NCBI GenBank assembly: GCA_017465665.1 | Contig: JAFTVU010000069.1 | Location: forward strand, 1,235 to 65,234 | DNA from: Oscillospiraceae bacterium | GTDB lineage: Bacteria; Bacillota; Clostridia; Oscillospirales; Ruminococcaceae | DNA: 64,000 nt | Direction: 5' to 3' | Shown here: piece by piece, positions 8,601 through 17,450 of the stretch | Position numbering within the stretch: the first letter of the stretch is position 1 | How the letters are laid out: each line of letters opens with the position of its first letter | Made by a program: the position numbers and the translations under genes | The notes under the pieces: generated by a model | What the model saw: only the letters and a program-made list of their open reading frames with translations | Told to the model about the DNA's origin: nothing | Database searches by the model: none

Positions 8601-11280
8601 CATCAGGCTGATCAATAGGGAAGTTGGAGTTCACCATATGGTTTACAATGCTGCCCCTGCCGCCACGGGTCAGTGTGTTGCCGACAAAAACGTCGTTCTT
8701 GCCGAAGCTGTAATTATATGTGTAGTCGATGATGTTGCCGCGGTAAACACTGTTGCCGTCGCCCAGCAGCTTCTTGCCGTTGGAGAACTGACCGAATTCC
8801 AGCCAGCAGGCACGCCAGGTGGAGTTCTTGAAATCGGAGTTGCTTATGAAGTATCGGTAGTTGAGGTCGCCGGGCGTGATGCCGTCCGCGCCCTCTTCCC
8901 ATGTACTTGCTGTACCGTAAACGTTCTTTATGAGCAGATTGTCGGTAATGGTCTTATAGAAGAAGCCATAATCGCAGTACTGGATAGAACCGTCGGACAT
9001 TACGGAGTTGTTGATGCGGCAGTTGACAAATGCACCGACGCCTCGCGCAATACTGGAGAATGTGAATGCGAATTTATCGAAGTTTACGTTGTAGAAACCG
9101 CCTGCATTGCAGTTCTGCATATACAGACTTGTGTTCAGAAAATAACCGTTGATGGGGGCATTGTCATCTGCACTCATGACGAAAATACCCTTGCCGTTCA
9201 TGTCTGTTGTCTTCTGGGCACGGATAGTGCCGTTGAAGAATACACGGTATGTGGCACCGCCGCGCAGTACGATAGGCTTGTCGGTGTAGTAGGTGCCCGG
9301 GTCGATGTAGAGTATAGCGTCATGTGTTGCAACGTAGTCGAATGCGGACTGCAGCTTTTCGTAGTTGGAGCCTGGATTCCAGCTCATGCCGCCGAAGTCT
9401 TCCTCGAAATATACCTTTTCAATATTGGGGTCGTTGAAATCCTTGCTGTAACGCTGCTCAAGTCCCATGTCCCAGAGCTGCTGCTCGTCTGCGCCTACCT
9501 TGCCAAGTTCTGTGTAGCCTGCTGTCTTTTTGTCGGGATCAAGGAATGCGGAGAGGTCAACATATCGGCAGAACTCGGGTGAAACATAAATACCATCATC
9601 AAGCCAGCTTACAGGCTTATCGCCACGCACGCCGATGCCGCCCATTGCAGGAGTGCCATCGGCATTGTTCCAGCCCTTTTCGCCCCAGATAACAACTGTG
9701 TAATCCTCCCAGCCTTCTGTGTAAGGACGTCCTTGCTTCCAGTCGTCTATCATGAGGTTTTCGTATTTCCAGTCGTTTATCTTGAAGGCATTATCGGTGA
9801 AGTATACGTTCTGTGAGCCTGTACGCTTTCCGCTGTAGCTTGCGACCCATTCGGAGTTGTTCAGCTCGACTAGGGTAGTCCATTCCAGAGAATCACATTC
9901 GATCTTGTTCTGTGCGAATGTTCCGCCGCCGTGAAGTATGATCATCGGGATACAGTTTCCGTTGCGGTGGTTGCCGCCTGCACGGTAATCGTTGAGGTAG
10001 TTCTCATGGATGACGTATCCCTTGCCCGGGAACATCCACTTTTTTTGTTCTGAATCCCAGTATCTTGTTTCGTGGTCATAAGGCTGGATGCCCATGCTCT
10101 CGAAATATGCTGCGATATCATTGTAGGAGCAGTCCTTGAACAGACATCCGCTGACAGAGTTGGAATCCACCGTCGTGTCTATTGCAAATCCGTATACACG
10201 TTCAAGCGTAAGGTTTGAATATGATGTATGAGGACACCAGCAGCCTGCGCCTGTTCGTGTAAACAGGAAGTTTCCTATGTAGGAATTGGAGAACAGTGTA
10301 GTGCCCATGCTGAAGTTCAGCTGAAACACCGGCAGACGTTCGTAACCGTCTTCGTTTACATAGTAACCGCCGTAGAAGTAGTTGTCGTAATAAAAAGCGT
10401 CATTGGTCTGCACTCCGTAAAGTGCAATACGACACGGACCGCAGGTGATATCCTTTACTCTTGAAAGCATATCGGTGAATGTCCATCTCATGAAGCACTG
10501 GAAGCCCGAAAGAGCAAGGTTGCTCAGTCCGCCGTAAGCCATACGGACACGGTAGAACAACGAATAGCTTTCGTGCGGATTTACCTGATCGCTGCAGATA
10601 TTATTCAGGATCTGCTCAGGGGTGCTTGTAGGCTTGAAGCTCTGGTGAGCGTTACTTACAACGAATGTAAGGTCGCTGATGTTGCCGAAGTACCAAGAGT
10701 ATGTTTCGTTAAGGTTTTTGTTGGTAAAGAATCCGCTTACATCAACGGGATTGCCGTCAGCGTCCTTCAGATGCGGTTCAACAACGAAAACCGACTTGCC
10801 TGCAACGCCGTTGATATCTGTATATCCCCACAGATATACGGATTTCCTGAAGTAGTACACGCCTTCCTCGACGAATACCTGTGCACAGTTGGTGGAGTCA
10901 CGGGGATCATGCTCCGCACGTGCGACCTCAAGTGCCTTGTTAAGCATATCCGAATAATCGTAGTAGGGATCATCGGGATTATAATCGGGGAACACGAGTT
11001 CGTTGTTCTCGTCCCTCAGTGTTACCATATCTGATGGGAAGTAGACAACCTTGTCATGCTTGTAGAAGTTGTTGTTTGTGTCGTTTTCGGGACGCATACC
11101 GATCTCGCCCGAATGACCGTACTTTATCATACCGTCGTTAGGGTCGTAGTCGATGGCGAAAGGAGTGCGTTCCTCAGCGGCAAGTGATGTCAGCGTGAAC
11201 GGTGACATTCCGAGGAAGATGCTGAATACCATCAGCATTGCCGTAATGAACGACAGTGATCTTTTAGCTTTAGTTTTCAT
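5650..11280 (-). CDS. Large secreted protein: two pectate_lyase_3-like beta-helix modules, Cys/His repeats, Gly/Ser linker, C-terminal dockerin
   Basis: Signal peptide; motifs LNKALE..VFVEEGVYYFRKSVYL and LQSAFD..LYIDPGTYYTDKPIVL; CxxC/H repeats; GDADGNGTINALDAAAIL..DYTDDGSVNALDAAAIL. Confidence 0.85.
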   Translation of the reverse strand: MKTKAKRSLSFITAMLMVFSIFLGMSPFTLTSLAAEERTPFAIDYDPNDGMIKYGHSGEIGMRPENDTNNNFYKHDKVVYFPSDMVTLRDENNELVFPDYNPDDPYYDYSDMLNKALEVARAEHDPRDSTNCAQVFVEEGVYYFRKSVYLWGYTDINGVAGKSVFVVEPHLKDADGNPVDVSGFFTNKNLNETYSWYFGNISDLTFVVSNAHQSFKPTSTPEQILNNICSDQVNPHESYSLFYRVRMAYGGLSNLALSGFQCFMRWTFTDMLSRVKDITCGPCRIALYGVQTNDAFYYDNYFYGGYYVNEDGYERLPVFQLNFSMGTTLFSNSYIGNFLFTRTGAGCWCPHTSYSNLTLERVYGFAIDTTVDSNSVSGCLFKDCSYNDIAAYFESMGIQPYDHETRYWDSEQKKWMFPGKGYVIHENYLNDYRAGGNHRNGNCIPMIILHGGGTFAQNKIECDSLEWTTLVELNNSEWVASYSGKRTGSQNVYFTDNAFKINDWKYENLMIDDWKQGRPYTEGWEDYTVVIWGEKGWNNADGTPAMGGIGVRGDKPVSWLDDGIYVSPEFCRYVDLSAFLDPDKKTAGYTELGKVGADEQQLWDMGLEQRYSKDFNDPNIEKVYFEEDFGGMSWNPGSNYEKLQSAFDYVATHDAILYIDPGTYYTDKPIVLRGGATYRVFFNGTIRAQKTTDMNGKGIFVMSADDNAPINGYFLNTSLYMQNCNAGGFYNVNFDKFAFTFSSIARGVGAFVNCRINNSVMSDGSIQYCDYGFFYKTITDNLLIKNVYGTASTWEEGADGITPGDLNYRYFISNSDFKNSTWRACWLEFGQFSNGKKLLGDGNSVYRGNIIDYTYNYSFGKNDVFVGNTLTRGGRGSIVNHMVNSNFPIDQPDAITGKPMIFYHISDGLRLIGNAQLGTMTYESNCIQFDSPTIRYTDENGNEVTSISDARIAGNMFNTVDSGDYKVNYPITPYDVADDILLQNCKNNEFMLHTLYFNDQKDDPATAHDETLTVTKDDVTSWSVPHLITYVNGERLEVNYPEAPEKNIEQNTNDPDPQDDVFDVPNIWTSTVNDKEYLLYDFRDRTPEQKAALESLFDSYIDTSTTSLYLNSRYNMAVMPNETEARPFNYYEFRDNLTPEQRLDVMAQTHHHEVAVSPSGNDAYFTDHSRDENYSSADNANRSTFAIVFDDEKISGDALQGMTASVYYDTHYSTAWQGKRNLMFIFSEDDDYYYGIALGYGQGNYGLITGSCRITKDYMEGFIADTNHKRFCEAHFQYGAEFDVGRCWQLSHYDPFGNITRPYNGEQTKTVFGDYTTIPMFEDIADLGGYESRVLGIDIVFEYNDAYDSVSAYATVDFSEIGTDTSEDPALKATTRKVWLGTYELEGRDKVFGMWSGDKLWIESVQFEYTPDALSQCEHTFTDTVTREGHCTKDTVTRHACTKCGYEYEDMTAAKGHEFVDRIRKTDGKTIRHCKICGFEYASDFLPEALCEHRYTKTVIQEASCLTEGAVVYECPDCGDIYTEKIDILKHDYHSEVISPTATDQGYTLHTCTHCGDNYKDNFTNPTGSGNSDSSGGSGNSGGSGNSGSSGSSGGSGNSGGSGNSGSSGSSGGSGSSGGSGSSGGSGSSGGSGSSGGSGSTGGYGGGGGVTSSDSPSIDGVNYNWYQIAAMIEKLAADGRLTVDLNGCTDVPEIISEALQKSDAIVTFRDTPLISWRIDGADVIECTEMDLDILYPAQFRSPLPKKPELKFRVSSTNAPTAFVYIFDKADAGKASTIYGEKDGTAFAVCTVTVADDGTAALPLNVAGTYALILNDGLRGDADGNGTINALDAAAILMDIVGIAPAKNKSVCDYTDDGSVNALDAAAILKDIVNGLI
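6343..6580 (-). repeat. Coding tandem repeats (9/18-bp units) encoding a Gly/Ser linker
   Basis: Repeated GAACTGCCCGAGCCACCA = (GGSGSS)n on the minus strand. Confidence 0.9.
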
Positions 11281-11343
11281 ATAATTCCTTTCTCTGCAGG
11301 GAAATACAAGTTCCGTTACAGGAAGATACTTTAATACATTATT

Positions 11344-11410
11344 ATTCTACTGTAAATATAGATGTATTTCAATATTCTGCGTTTAACAGGTCGATATAGC
11401 GTTCAACTGG
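11344..11410 (-). promoter_or_regulatory. sigmaA promoter of the dockerin gene with two upstream LytTR-type direct repeats
   Basis: TTGAAA-17bp-TAGAAT (11372..11344); CCAGTTGAACGC and CCTGTTAAACGC with 20-bp period just upstream of -35. Confidence 0.7.
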
Positions 11411-11542
11411 CTGTATTTGAGTGCGAAATGCCATATTGTTGTATGAAATGCCGTTTTGGGTGCGCGGCGCATGAAATTCCAATGTCTGATGCTTTGTGAA
11501 TATCTGAGCGAGGATGTCTGTTGCTTTATATCTGTTTTGTTC

Positions 11543-11571
11543 TTGACAATAAACATAAATGGCTATATAAT
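11543..11571 (+). promoter_or_regulatory. Consensus sigmaA promoter
   Basis: TTGACA-17bp-TATAAT. Confidence 0.85.
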
Positions 11572-11619
11572 AATGTTGTGAAATTTATGCGGTGTGAAAT
11601 TCCGCGGAGGAGTGATTTG

Positions 11620-13323
11620 ATGAAGAAAGACAGAAATTTGTGCGTGATCATGGCTGATATCACGGAGGATTACCGTGATGATTACCTGGTCGGACTGGAA
11701 AAGCAGGCAAATCGTATGGGTTATGTTACCACTGTGTTTTCTATGCCGCTTCTCAACCAACTCAAAACAGGCGGAGAAGAAAGTGTTTACGATCTGATTG
11801 ATTATGACAGATATGACGGTGTCGTATTTTTTGAGAAGTCATTTTCTGCCCATAAATCACTTGCAAAGCGGCTTGAAAAGGAGATCGCGGAAAAGTGTAA
11901 CAAGCCCGTTGTGGTGATTGGCAATTCCAACGTTTTCACGGATGTTTTCATGGGAGATCACAGCAGAAATATCGAGCAGCTTACAGATCACATCATTGAA
12001 CAGCATGGCTGCGAGCTTTTATATCTGCTGGGCGGATATCATGATTTCCCGACTAATACCGATAAGGGCTTTGTGAATTCGCTTAAGAAGCATGGTATAC
12101 ATTTTACAGATGACAATATGTTCTACGGTGGCTTCTGGCGTGAATGTGCGGATAATCTTGCAAAGGATATTGCCTGTGGTGCAGTGGAAAAGCCTGATGC
12201 TGTTATATGCTACAGCGATATAATCGCATTTTTCTTTATCAAGGCTCTTACGAAATACGGAATCCGTGTTCCTGAGGATATAATAGTTGCGGGTTACAGC
12301 GCTGCAGCCTGCTCGCAGAATGGTATCATTTCCATCACTACCTGTACCTGTGATGCTGAGTATATAGGCAGGATGGCGGCTGCGTGTCTGCATTCGCGTG
12401 TAACAGGTGAGGAGCCGCCTGCGATAAACAGACCCCGTGCCAATATCATAACAGGTATGAGCTGTGGCTGCGGAAGCAATCAGCATATCGATATGCGTTT
12501 TCGGCTCGAACTGCACGAGAAGCGTAGTATTCAGGATATCTGCTACGCAAACAGCGAGCTTGATGAAAAGCTTCTTGAATGCACCGATTATATTCAGCTT
12601 TCTGATGTCATCGCCCAGACTCATTATCTTATTGCAGACAAAAGTCTGATGTCTGTCAATCTGTGTCTGAATGCAAATACTTCACGTTGTATCTACATGA
12701 CCGATAGCGTAGGAACGGGTAATTTCACTGATTTTAACAGCACGTTCATACTTCCTTTCGAGCCTGCAAACAGCGAGCTTCCGAATAATCTTCATGTTCT
12801 GCCTGTTGTGTTCAGAGGACGATGCTACGGTCACGTTACGGTAGGCTATAATGAGCCAGTGGCATATAATCTTATCCTGAAAGAGTACATTAAACGTCTT
12901 GCTATAAGTCTTGAGGTCATGGAGCTACGTGGCATCGCTGAGGCCGTATCATCGCATGACACTGAACAGGTCGTAACGGGGGATAAGCATAAACTGAATA
13001 CGGTATTTGTTTGTAAGGGAGATGCTCTTCATAAGGTCGCAGTAGATAATGTACTGTTCTTTGAAACCGAAGGAAGGACAACCATGGCGGTAATGAAGAC
13101 AGGCAGATATGCGGTCAGAAGCTCCCTTACACAGCTTGAGCAGATGCTGGACAAGGATGTGTTCATGCGTGTTTCTAAATCAGCGCTGCTCAATCTCACT
13201 AAGGTGATAAGCTATTCGCCTGGTAATGACAGAACTTTGCTTGCTGCGCTTGTTGGTAATGTAACAGTTCGTGTGTCGAGAAAGTGTGCACCTGAATTCA
13301 AGGAAAGATTGGCTGAGGTCTGA
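11620..13323 (+). CDS. One-component regulator: LacI-type sugar-binding domain (no HTH) fused to C-terminal LytTR DNA-binding domain
   Basis: RBS GGAGGAG before ATG 11620; PDAVIC.SD.IA..GIRVPEDIIVAGY..SCGC; C-terminal VLFFET..SLTQLEQMLDKDVFMRVSKSALLNL..VSRK. Confidence 0.85.
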   Translation: MKKDRNLCVIMADITEDYRDDYLVGLEKQANRMGYVTTVFSMPLLNQLKTGGEESVYDLIDYDRYDGVVFFEKSFSAHKSLAKRLEKEIAEKCNKPVVVIGNSNVFTDVFMGDHSRNIEQLTDHIIEQHGCELLYLLGGYHDFPTNTDKGFVNSLKKHGIHFTDDNMFYGGFWRECADNLAKDIACGAVEKPDAVICYSDIIAFFFIKALTKYGIRVPEDIIVAGYSAAACSQNGIISITTCTCDAEYIGRMAAACLHSRVTGEEPPAINRPRANIITGMSCGCGSNQHIDMRFRLELHEKRSIQDICYANSELDEKLLECTDYIQLSDVIAQTHYLIADKSLMSVNLCLNANTSRCIYMTDSVGTGNFTDFNSTFILPFEPANSELPNNLHVLPVVFRGRCYGHVTVGYNEPVAYNLILKEYIKRLAISLEVMELRGIAEAVSSHDTEQVVTGDKHKLNTVFVCKGDALHKVAVDNVLFFETEGRTTMAVMKTGRYAVRSSLTQLEQMLDKDVFMRVSKSALLNLTKVISYSPGNDRTLLAALVGNVTVRVSRKCAPEFKERLAEV

Positions 13324-13457
13324 TTTGCTCTTGACTAAATTCCGATCTGATGGTAAAATGTAGTTAGTTTGATTAGGAAACTAAAGTGTGTGCAGTTGTG
13401 TGAATGTTTGATGCGCTTCTGTGTGATAACTAAATTGTCATCTGAGGAGGTACTGTA

Positions 13458-13988
13458 TTGAAAATGCTTAAATGGATTCTGATAGGTGTCGCGGTGATCG
13501 CGGTTGTGATAGTGATTATCCTGCTGTTACCCATAATTTCAACTATTCTGAAGCCTGAGGATCACATACTTGATGGTGGAGATATGGCGAATAAGTCTTA
13601 TTTAAAGAGTGTTACATATTCCGAGGCGGGTGATATGTCAGGCGGCAGCATTTATATAAAGATGTACATCGATGAAGCAGGAATGGTCTGGCTTGATGTA
13701 AGTGAGTGTGCTGCGGCAGGCGCTGATGAGATCAGCAATACATATCAGCTTGACAGGAATGCTGTTTACGAATTCAACACTCTGTTTGATGAAAAACTTA
13801 TGAGCAGATGTGTTGATTTGCCTGATAGTGAATTTATATTACTGGATGCTGCTTTATCAAGCGTAAATATCGAATTTTCCGATCGTACTATCAGCTTCAA
13901 CAGTAATCAGGAGTTTCCTGAGGAATGTATCGGTGCGATCGGCGCTACTCGGTCGCTTCTGCAAAGCTTTATACCTGTAAACAACTAA
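13458..13988 (+). CDS. Membrane-anchored hypothetical protein
   Basis: RBS GAGGAGG, N-terminal TM helix, upstream TTGACT-17bp-TAAAAT promoter. Confidence 0.75.
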   Translation: MKMLKWILIGVAVIAVVIVIILLLPIISTILKPEDHILDGGDMANKSYLKSVTYSEAGDMSGGSIYIKMYIDEAGMVWLDVSECAAAGADEISNTYQLDRNAVYEFNTLFDEKLMSRCVDLPDSEFILLDAALSSVNIEFSDRTISFNSNQEFPEECIGAIGATRSLLQSFIPVNN

Positions 13989-14025
13989 TGTAGCTATAGG
14001 TCAATTGAAAGTGAGTGGTTACGAT

Positions 14026-14127
14026 ATGCTGAAAAGAGCAACAATGCTGCTTTGCGCTGCAGCAATTATACTGAATCTTACTGCCTGAGATAACGAAAAC
14101 TCATTTGTTACCTTTCCTGCTTGGTAA
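14026..14127 (+). pseudogene. Lipoprotein signal-peptide remnant with lipobox Cys replaced by TGA
   Basis: MLKRATMLLCAAAIILNLTA*DNENSFVTFPAW*. Confidence 0.45.
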
Positions 14128-14173
14128 TTATTTTGACATCACAGGTAGGATGATCTTACCATATAAAAATACT

Positions 14174-14199
14174 GAGGCTCTCCACATGCGGAGAGCCTC
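14174..14199. terminator. Hairpin/terminator
   Basis: GAGGCTCTCC-acatgc-GGAGAGCCTC. Confidence 0.7.
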
Positions 14200-14289
14200 T
14201 CTCTTATGTATTCATATTCGACAATTTTCAAATGATTATTAGATTCATATCACTATTTTGACGCTAAGGAATTATGCGCAGGGGAGTGT

Positions 14290-14445
14290 ATGAAAGGCTT
14301 AAAAAGACAATGGAGAATGGAAGGTCTTTGTCAATATTGTGGAGGATATATTAGTACATGGGATGATAAATGCTTGGATTGTGATATGATAAAAGACTAT
14401 CATCATGAAGTTGAACTAAAGATAGAATGGCGGATGGTTTCATAG
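14290..14445 (+). CDS. Small zinc-ribbon protein (51 aa)
   Basis: RBS AGGGGAG; MKGLKRQWRMEGLCQYCGGYISTWDDKCLDCDMIKDY..; two CxxC; hairpin GCGGATGGT..ACCATCCGC at the stop. Confidence 0.55.
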   Translation: MKGLKRQWRMEGLCQYCGGYISTWDDKCLDCDMIKDYHHEVELKIEWRMVS

Positions 14446-14727
14446 ACCATCCGCTTGTTTGTGATCACGTGTTTCCTGTTGTAACACTTCTCGACGTTAT
14501 TTAATGTTCCTCGACAATTAATAACGATTAGCAATAGTATACCTTCGTAAGCATGATCGACTCATAGAAATCCACCAATATCAATTACGGGAGCAGATAT
14601 AAACTGCTCATTTTTGGTTGCTTTTATTAAAATTGCAGCCTCGAAAATGTATGTATAATCAAAGTAAAAAATACCATATATGCCATTAAATGAGAATTAG
14701 TTTATTGGATTAATTGTACAAAAACAA

Positions 14728-14788
14728 TTGACAAAGTTGAAAATATATGATACAATTAGTACATAAAAACGGAATATTATTTTTCCGT
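14728..14788 (+). promoter_or_regulatory. rbs operon promoter and palindromic operator
   Basis: TTGACA-17bp-TACAAT; ACGGAA-N8-TTCCGT at 14769..14788. Confidence 0.7.
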
Positions 14789-14807
14789 GACAGGAGGTAT
14801 CAGAAAC

Positions 14808-15212
14808 ATGAAGAAAAATGGCATTCTCAACAGCGAGATCTCACGGGTGCTGTCGTATATGGGTCATACAGACCTGATATGCATAGGCGACTGCGGACTT
14901 CCCGTACCCGATGAAACAGAGCGTATCGATCTTGCACTGATTTTCGGTGTTCCGACATTTATGCAGACGCTCGAAGCATTGGCTGGGGATATGAAGATCG
15001 AGAAGCTCTTCCTTGCAGAGGAGATAAAGACAGTAAATCCTGAGGTGTTCGGACAGATTCAGAAGCTGCTGTCAGAGAAGGAGATAGAGTATGCGTTTAT
15101 CTCTCATGCTGATCTCAAGGAACTTACAAAGCAGTGTAAGGCAGTGATACGCACAGGCGAGACCACACCTTATGCGAACATTATCCTGCAATCGGGCTGC
15201 ATATTTGCATGA
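14808..15212 (+). CDS. rbsD: D-ribose pyranase
   Basis: MKKNGILNSEI..GHTDLICIGDCGLP..IRTGETTPYANIIL. Confidence 0.95.
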   Translation: MKKNGILNSEISRVLSYMGHTDLICIGDCGLPVPDETERIDLALIFGVPTFMQTLEALAGDMKIEKLFLAEEIKTVNPEVFGQIQKLLSEKEIEYAFISHADLKELTKQCKAVIRTGETTPYANIILQSGCIFA

Positions 15213-15229
15213 GTAAAGGAGCGTGAAGC

Positions 15230-16384
15230 ATGAAGATTGAAATGAAAGGGATCAATAAGTCGTTCGGCTCAAATCAGGTGCTGAAAGACGCAGGATTCCT
15301 TCTTGAAGACGGCGAGGTCCATGCACTGATGGGCGAAAACGGTGCAGGAAAATCTACGCTTATGAAGATACTTACAGGCGTCTATACAAGAGATTCGGGA
15401 ACGGTGCTTGTGGACGGTCAGGAGGTAGTATACAAATCTCCGCAAGAGGCTGAAAAGGCAGGCATCGTGTTCATTTATCAGGAGCTTAACGTTCTTTTTG
15501 ACTTGACTGTTGAGGAAAATCTCTTCATGGGTAAGGAGATAACAAAGGGCTTCGGCATCTGCGACCGCAAGGCTATGCGTGCAAAGGCGCAGGAGGTCAT
15601 GGACAGGATGGGCGTTAACATACCCATAAACGCAGTGATGTCTGACCTTTCCGTAGGTCAGCAACAGATGGTTGAAATATGCAAGGCTCTGATGGTGGAT
15701 GCAAAGGTGCTTATCATGGACGAGCCTACAGCGGCTCTCACCCAGAGTGAGACAGAGGGTCTGTTCAAGCTGATCAAGAGCCTGCGTGAAAAGGGCGTAT
15801 CCATCGTTTATATCTCTCACCGTATGGAGGAGATATTCGAGCTGTGCGACCGTATCACGATACTGCGTGACGGCACCTATGTTGATACAAAGTACATAAA
15901 GGATATCAATATGGATGATATCGTCCGTATGATGATAGGTCGTGAGATCGGCGAGCGTTACCCCAAGCGTGAAGGCATCACCATCGGTGACGAGGTCATC
16001 CGTGTGGAGGGACTGACAAAGGGTAAGACTTTCAGGGATGTAAGCTTCAGCGTAAAGGCCGGCGAGGTGCTTGGCGTATCAGGTCTGATGGGCGCAGGCC
16101 GCACTGAAATAATGCAGGCAATATTCGGAAATCTCCCGTACGACAGCGGTAAGATCTATATAGGTGGCAACGAGGTTCGTATAAAGAATGCGAGGGATGC
16201 AATAAATGCAGGCATCGGCTTTATCACAGAGGATAGAAAGACCGAGGGTCTGCTGCTTGAAAAGAGCATTTCGGATAATATCGTGCTCGCAAATCTTGAC
16301 AAGGTATCAGACAAGAGCGTTGTCAGAAAGAATAAGGTCAACGAGCTTGTAAAGAAGGGTATCAGGATGTTATCAAGGCGATAG
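15230..16384 (+). pseudogene. rbsA: Ribose ABC ATPase truncated in its second ABC domain
   Basis: GENGAGKST, LSVGQQQ, GLMGAGRTE present; ends at 384 aa before the second signature and Walker B. Confidence 0.85.
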
Positions 16385-16422
16385 TAATTCTGGTAGCAGT
16401 TCTTTCCGACCGTAAGAGATAA
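16360..16422 (+). pseudogene. rbsC: Last 20 codons of ribose permease
   Basis: Different frame from rbsA: YQDVIKAIVILVAVLSDRKR*, typical RbsC C-terminus. Confidence 0.8.
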
Positions 16423-16450
16423 AACTTGAATTTTCACAGGAGGTAATTCC

Positions 16451-17389
16451 ATGAGATCTATCAGAAAAATACTTGCACTTGTACTCAGCGTGCTTGTGCT
16501 TTGTTTAAGCGGATGCTCACTTATAACCATTGACGGTGAGGATTACGGTGCGGCTGCAGATTATACAGGCAACGGCTCCATCGGTCTTTCAGTATCCACT
16601 CAGAATAACCCGTTCTTTGTTACCCTTGTTCAGGGTGCAAAGGCTGCTGCAGACAAGGCAGGCGTACAGCTCGTAGTAGTTGACGCAGGCGATGATGCAG
16701 CAAAGCAGGTAAGTGATATTGAGGATCTTATCGCTAAGAATGTAAGCGTACTTATCGTAAATCCTGTTGACTCCGATACAGTATCCTCTGTTGTACAGAC
16801 AGCGGTAAACAAGGGCGTCAAGGTCATCTCCGCAGACCGTGTTGTAAACGGTGTTGATATCGATTGTCAGATAGCATCTGATAATGTTCTCGGTGCTGAA
16901 CTTGCAACACAGTACATCGTCGATATGGTCGGTGAGGGTGCAAAGGTGGCGGAGCTTCAGGGCATCAGCGGTGCTTCCGCAGCTATCGACAGAGGTACAG
17001 GTTTCCACAATATTGCAGATGCCAAGCTTGAAGTAGTAGCAAGCCAGCCTGCTGATTTTGACCGTACAAAGGGTATGACCGTTATGGAGAATATGCTTCA
17101 GGGCAACGGTGATATCAAGGCTGTATTTGCAGCAAATGACGAGATGGCGCTTGGTGCTATGGAAGCAATTGCAGCTTCCCGTAAGGATATACTTGTTGTA
17201 GGCTTTGACGCAACAGATGATGCTATCTCTTCGATCAAGGACGGTAGAATGGGTGCAACCATAGCACAGCAGCCTGACCTCATCGGTGCAACTGCAGTTG
17301 AAACTGCTATCAAGCTGATGAACGGCGAGGAAGTTCCGAAGTCCATCCCTGTTGAGGTTACACTTGTAACAAGGGAAAACGCAGGTTGA
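16451..17389 (+). CDS. rbsB: Ribose ABC substrate-binding lipoprotein
   Basis: Lipobox LSGC; STQNNPFF, ASDNVLG, ANDEMALGA. Confidence 0.92.
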   Translation: MRSIRKILALVLSVLVLCLSGCSLITIDGEDYGAAADYTGNGSIGLSVSTQNNPFFVTLVQGAKAAADKAGVQLVVVDAGDDAAKQVSDIEDLIAKNVSVLIVNPVDSDTVSSVVQTAVNKGVKVISADRVVNGVDIDCQIASDNVLGAELATQYIVDMVGEGAKVAELQGISGASAAIDRGTGFHNIADAKLEVVASQPADFDRTKGMTVMENMLQGNGDIKAVFAANDEMALGAMEAIAASRKDILVVGFDATDDAISSIKDGRMGATIAQQPDLIGATAVETAIKLMNGEEVPKSIPVEVTLVTRENAG

Positions 17390-17450
17390 TCCTGATTAAA
17401 AGACCTGCCTTGCAGCTGCAGGGCAGGATCTTCAGATAACGGAGGCAAGA

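Noticed and set aside
14086-14088. TGA as selenocysteine in a lipobox
   Set aside because: Frame closes 12 codons later and no SECIS-like hairpin follows
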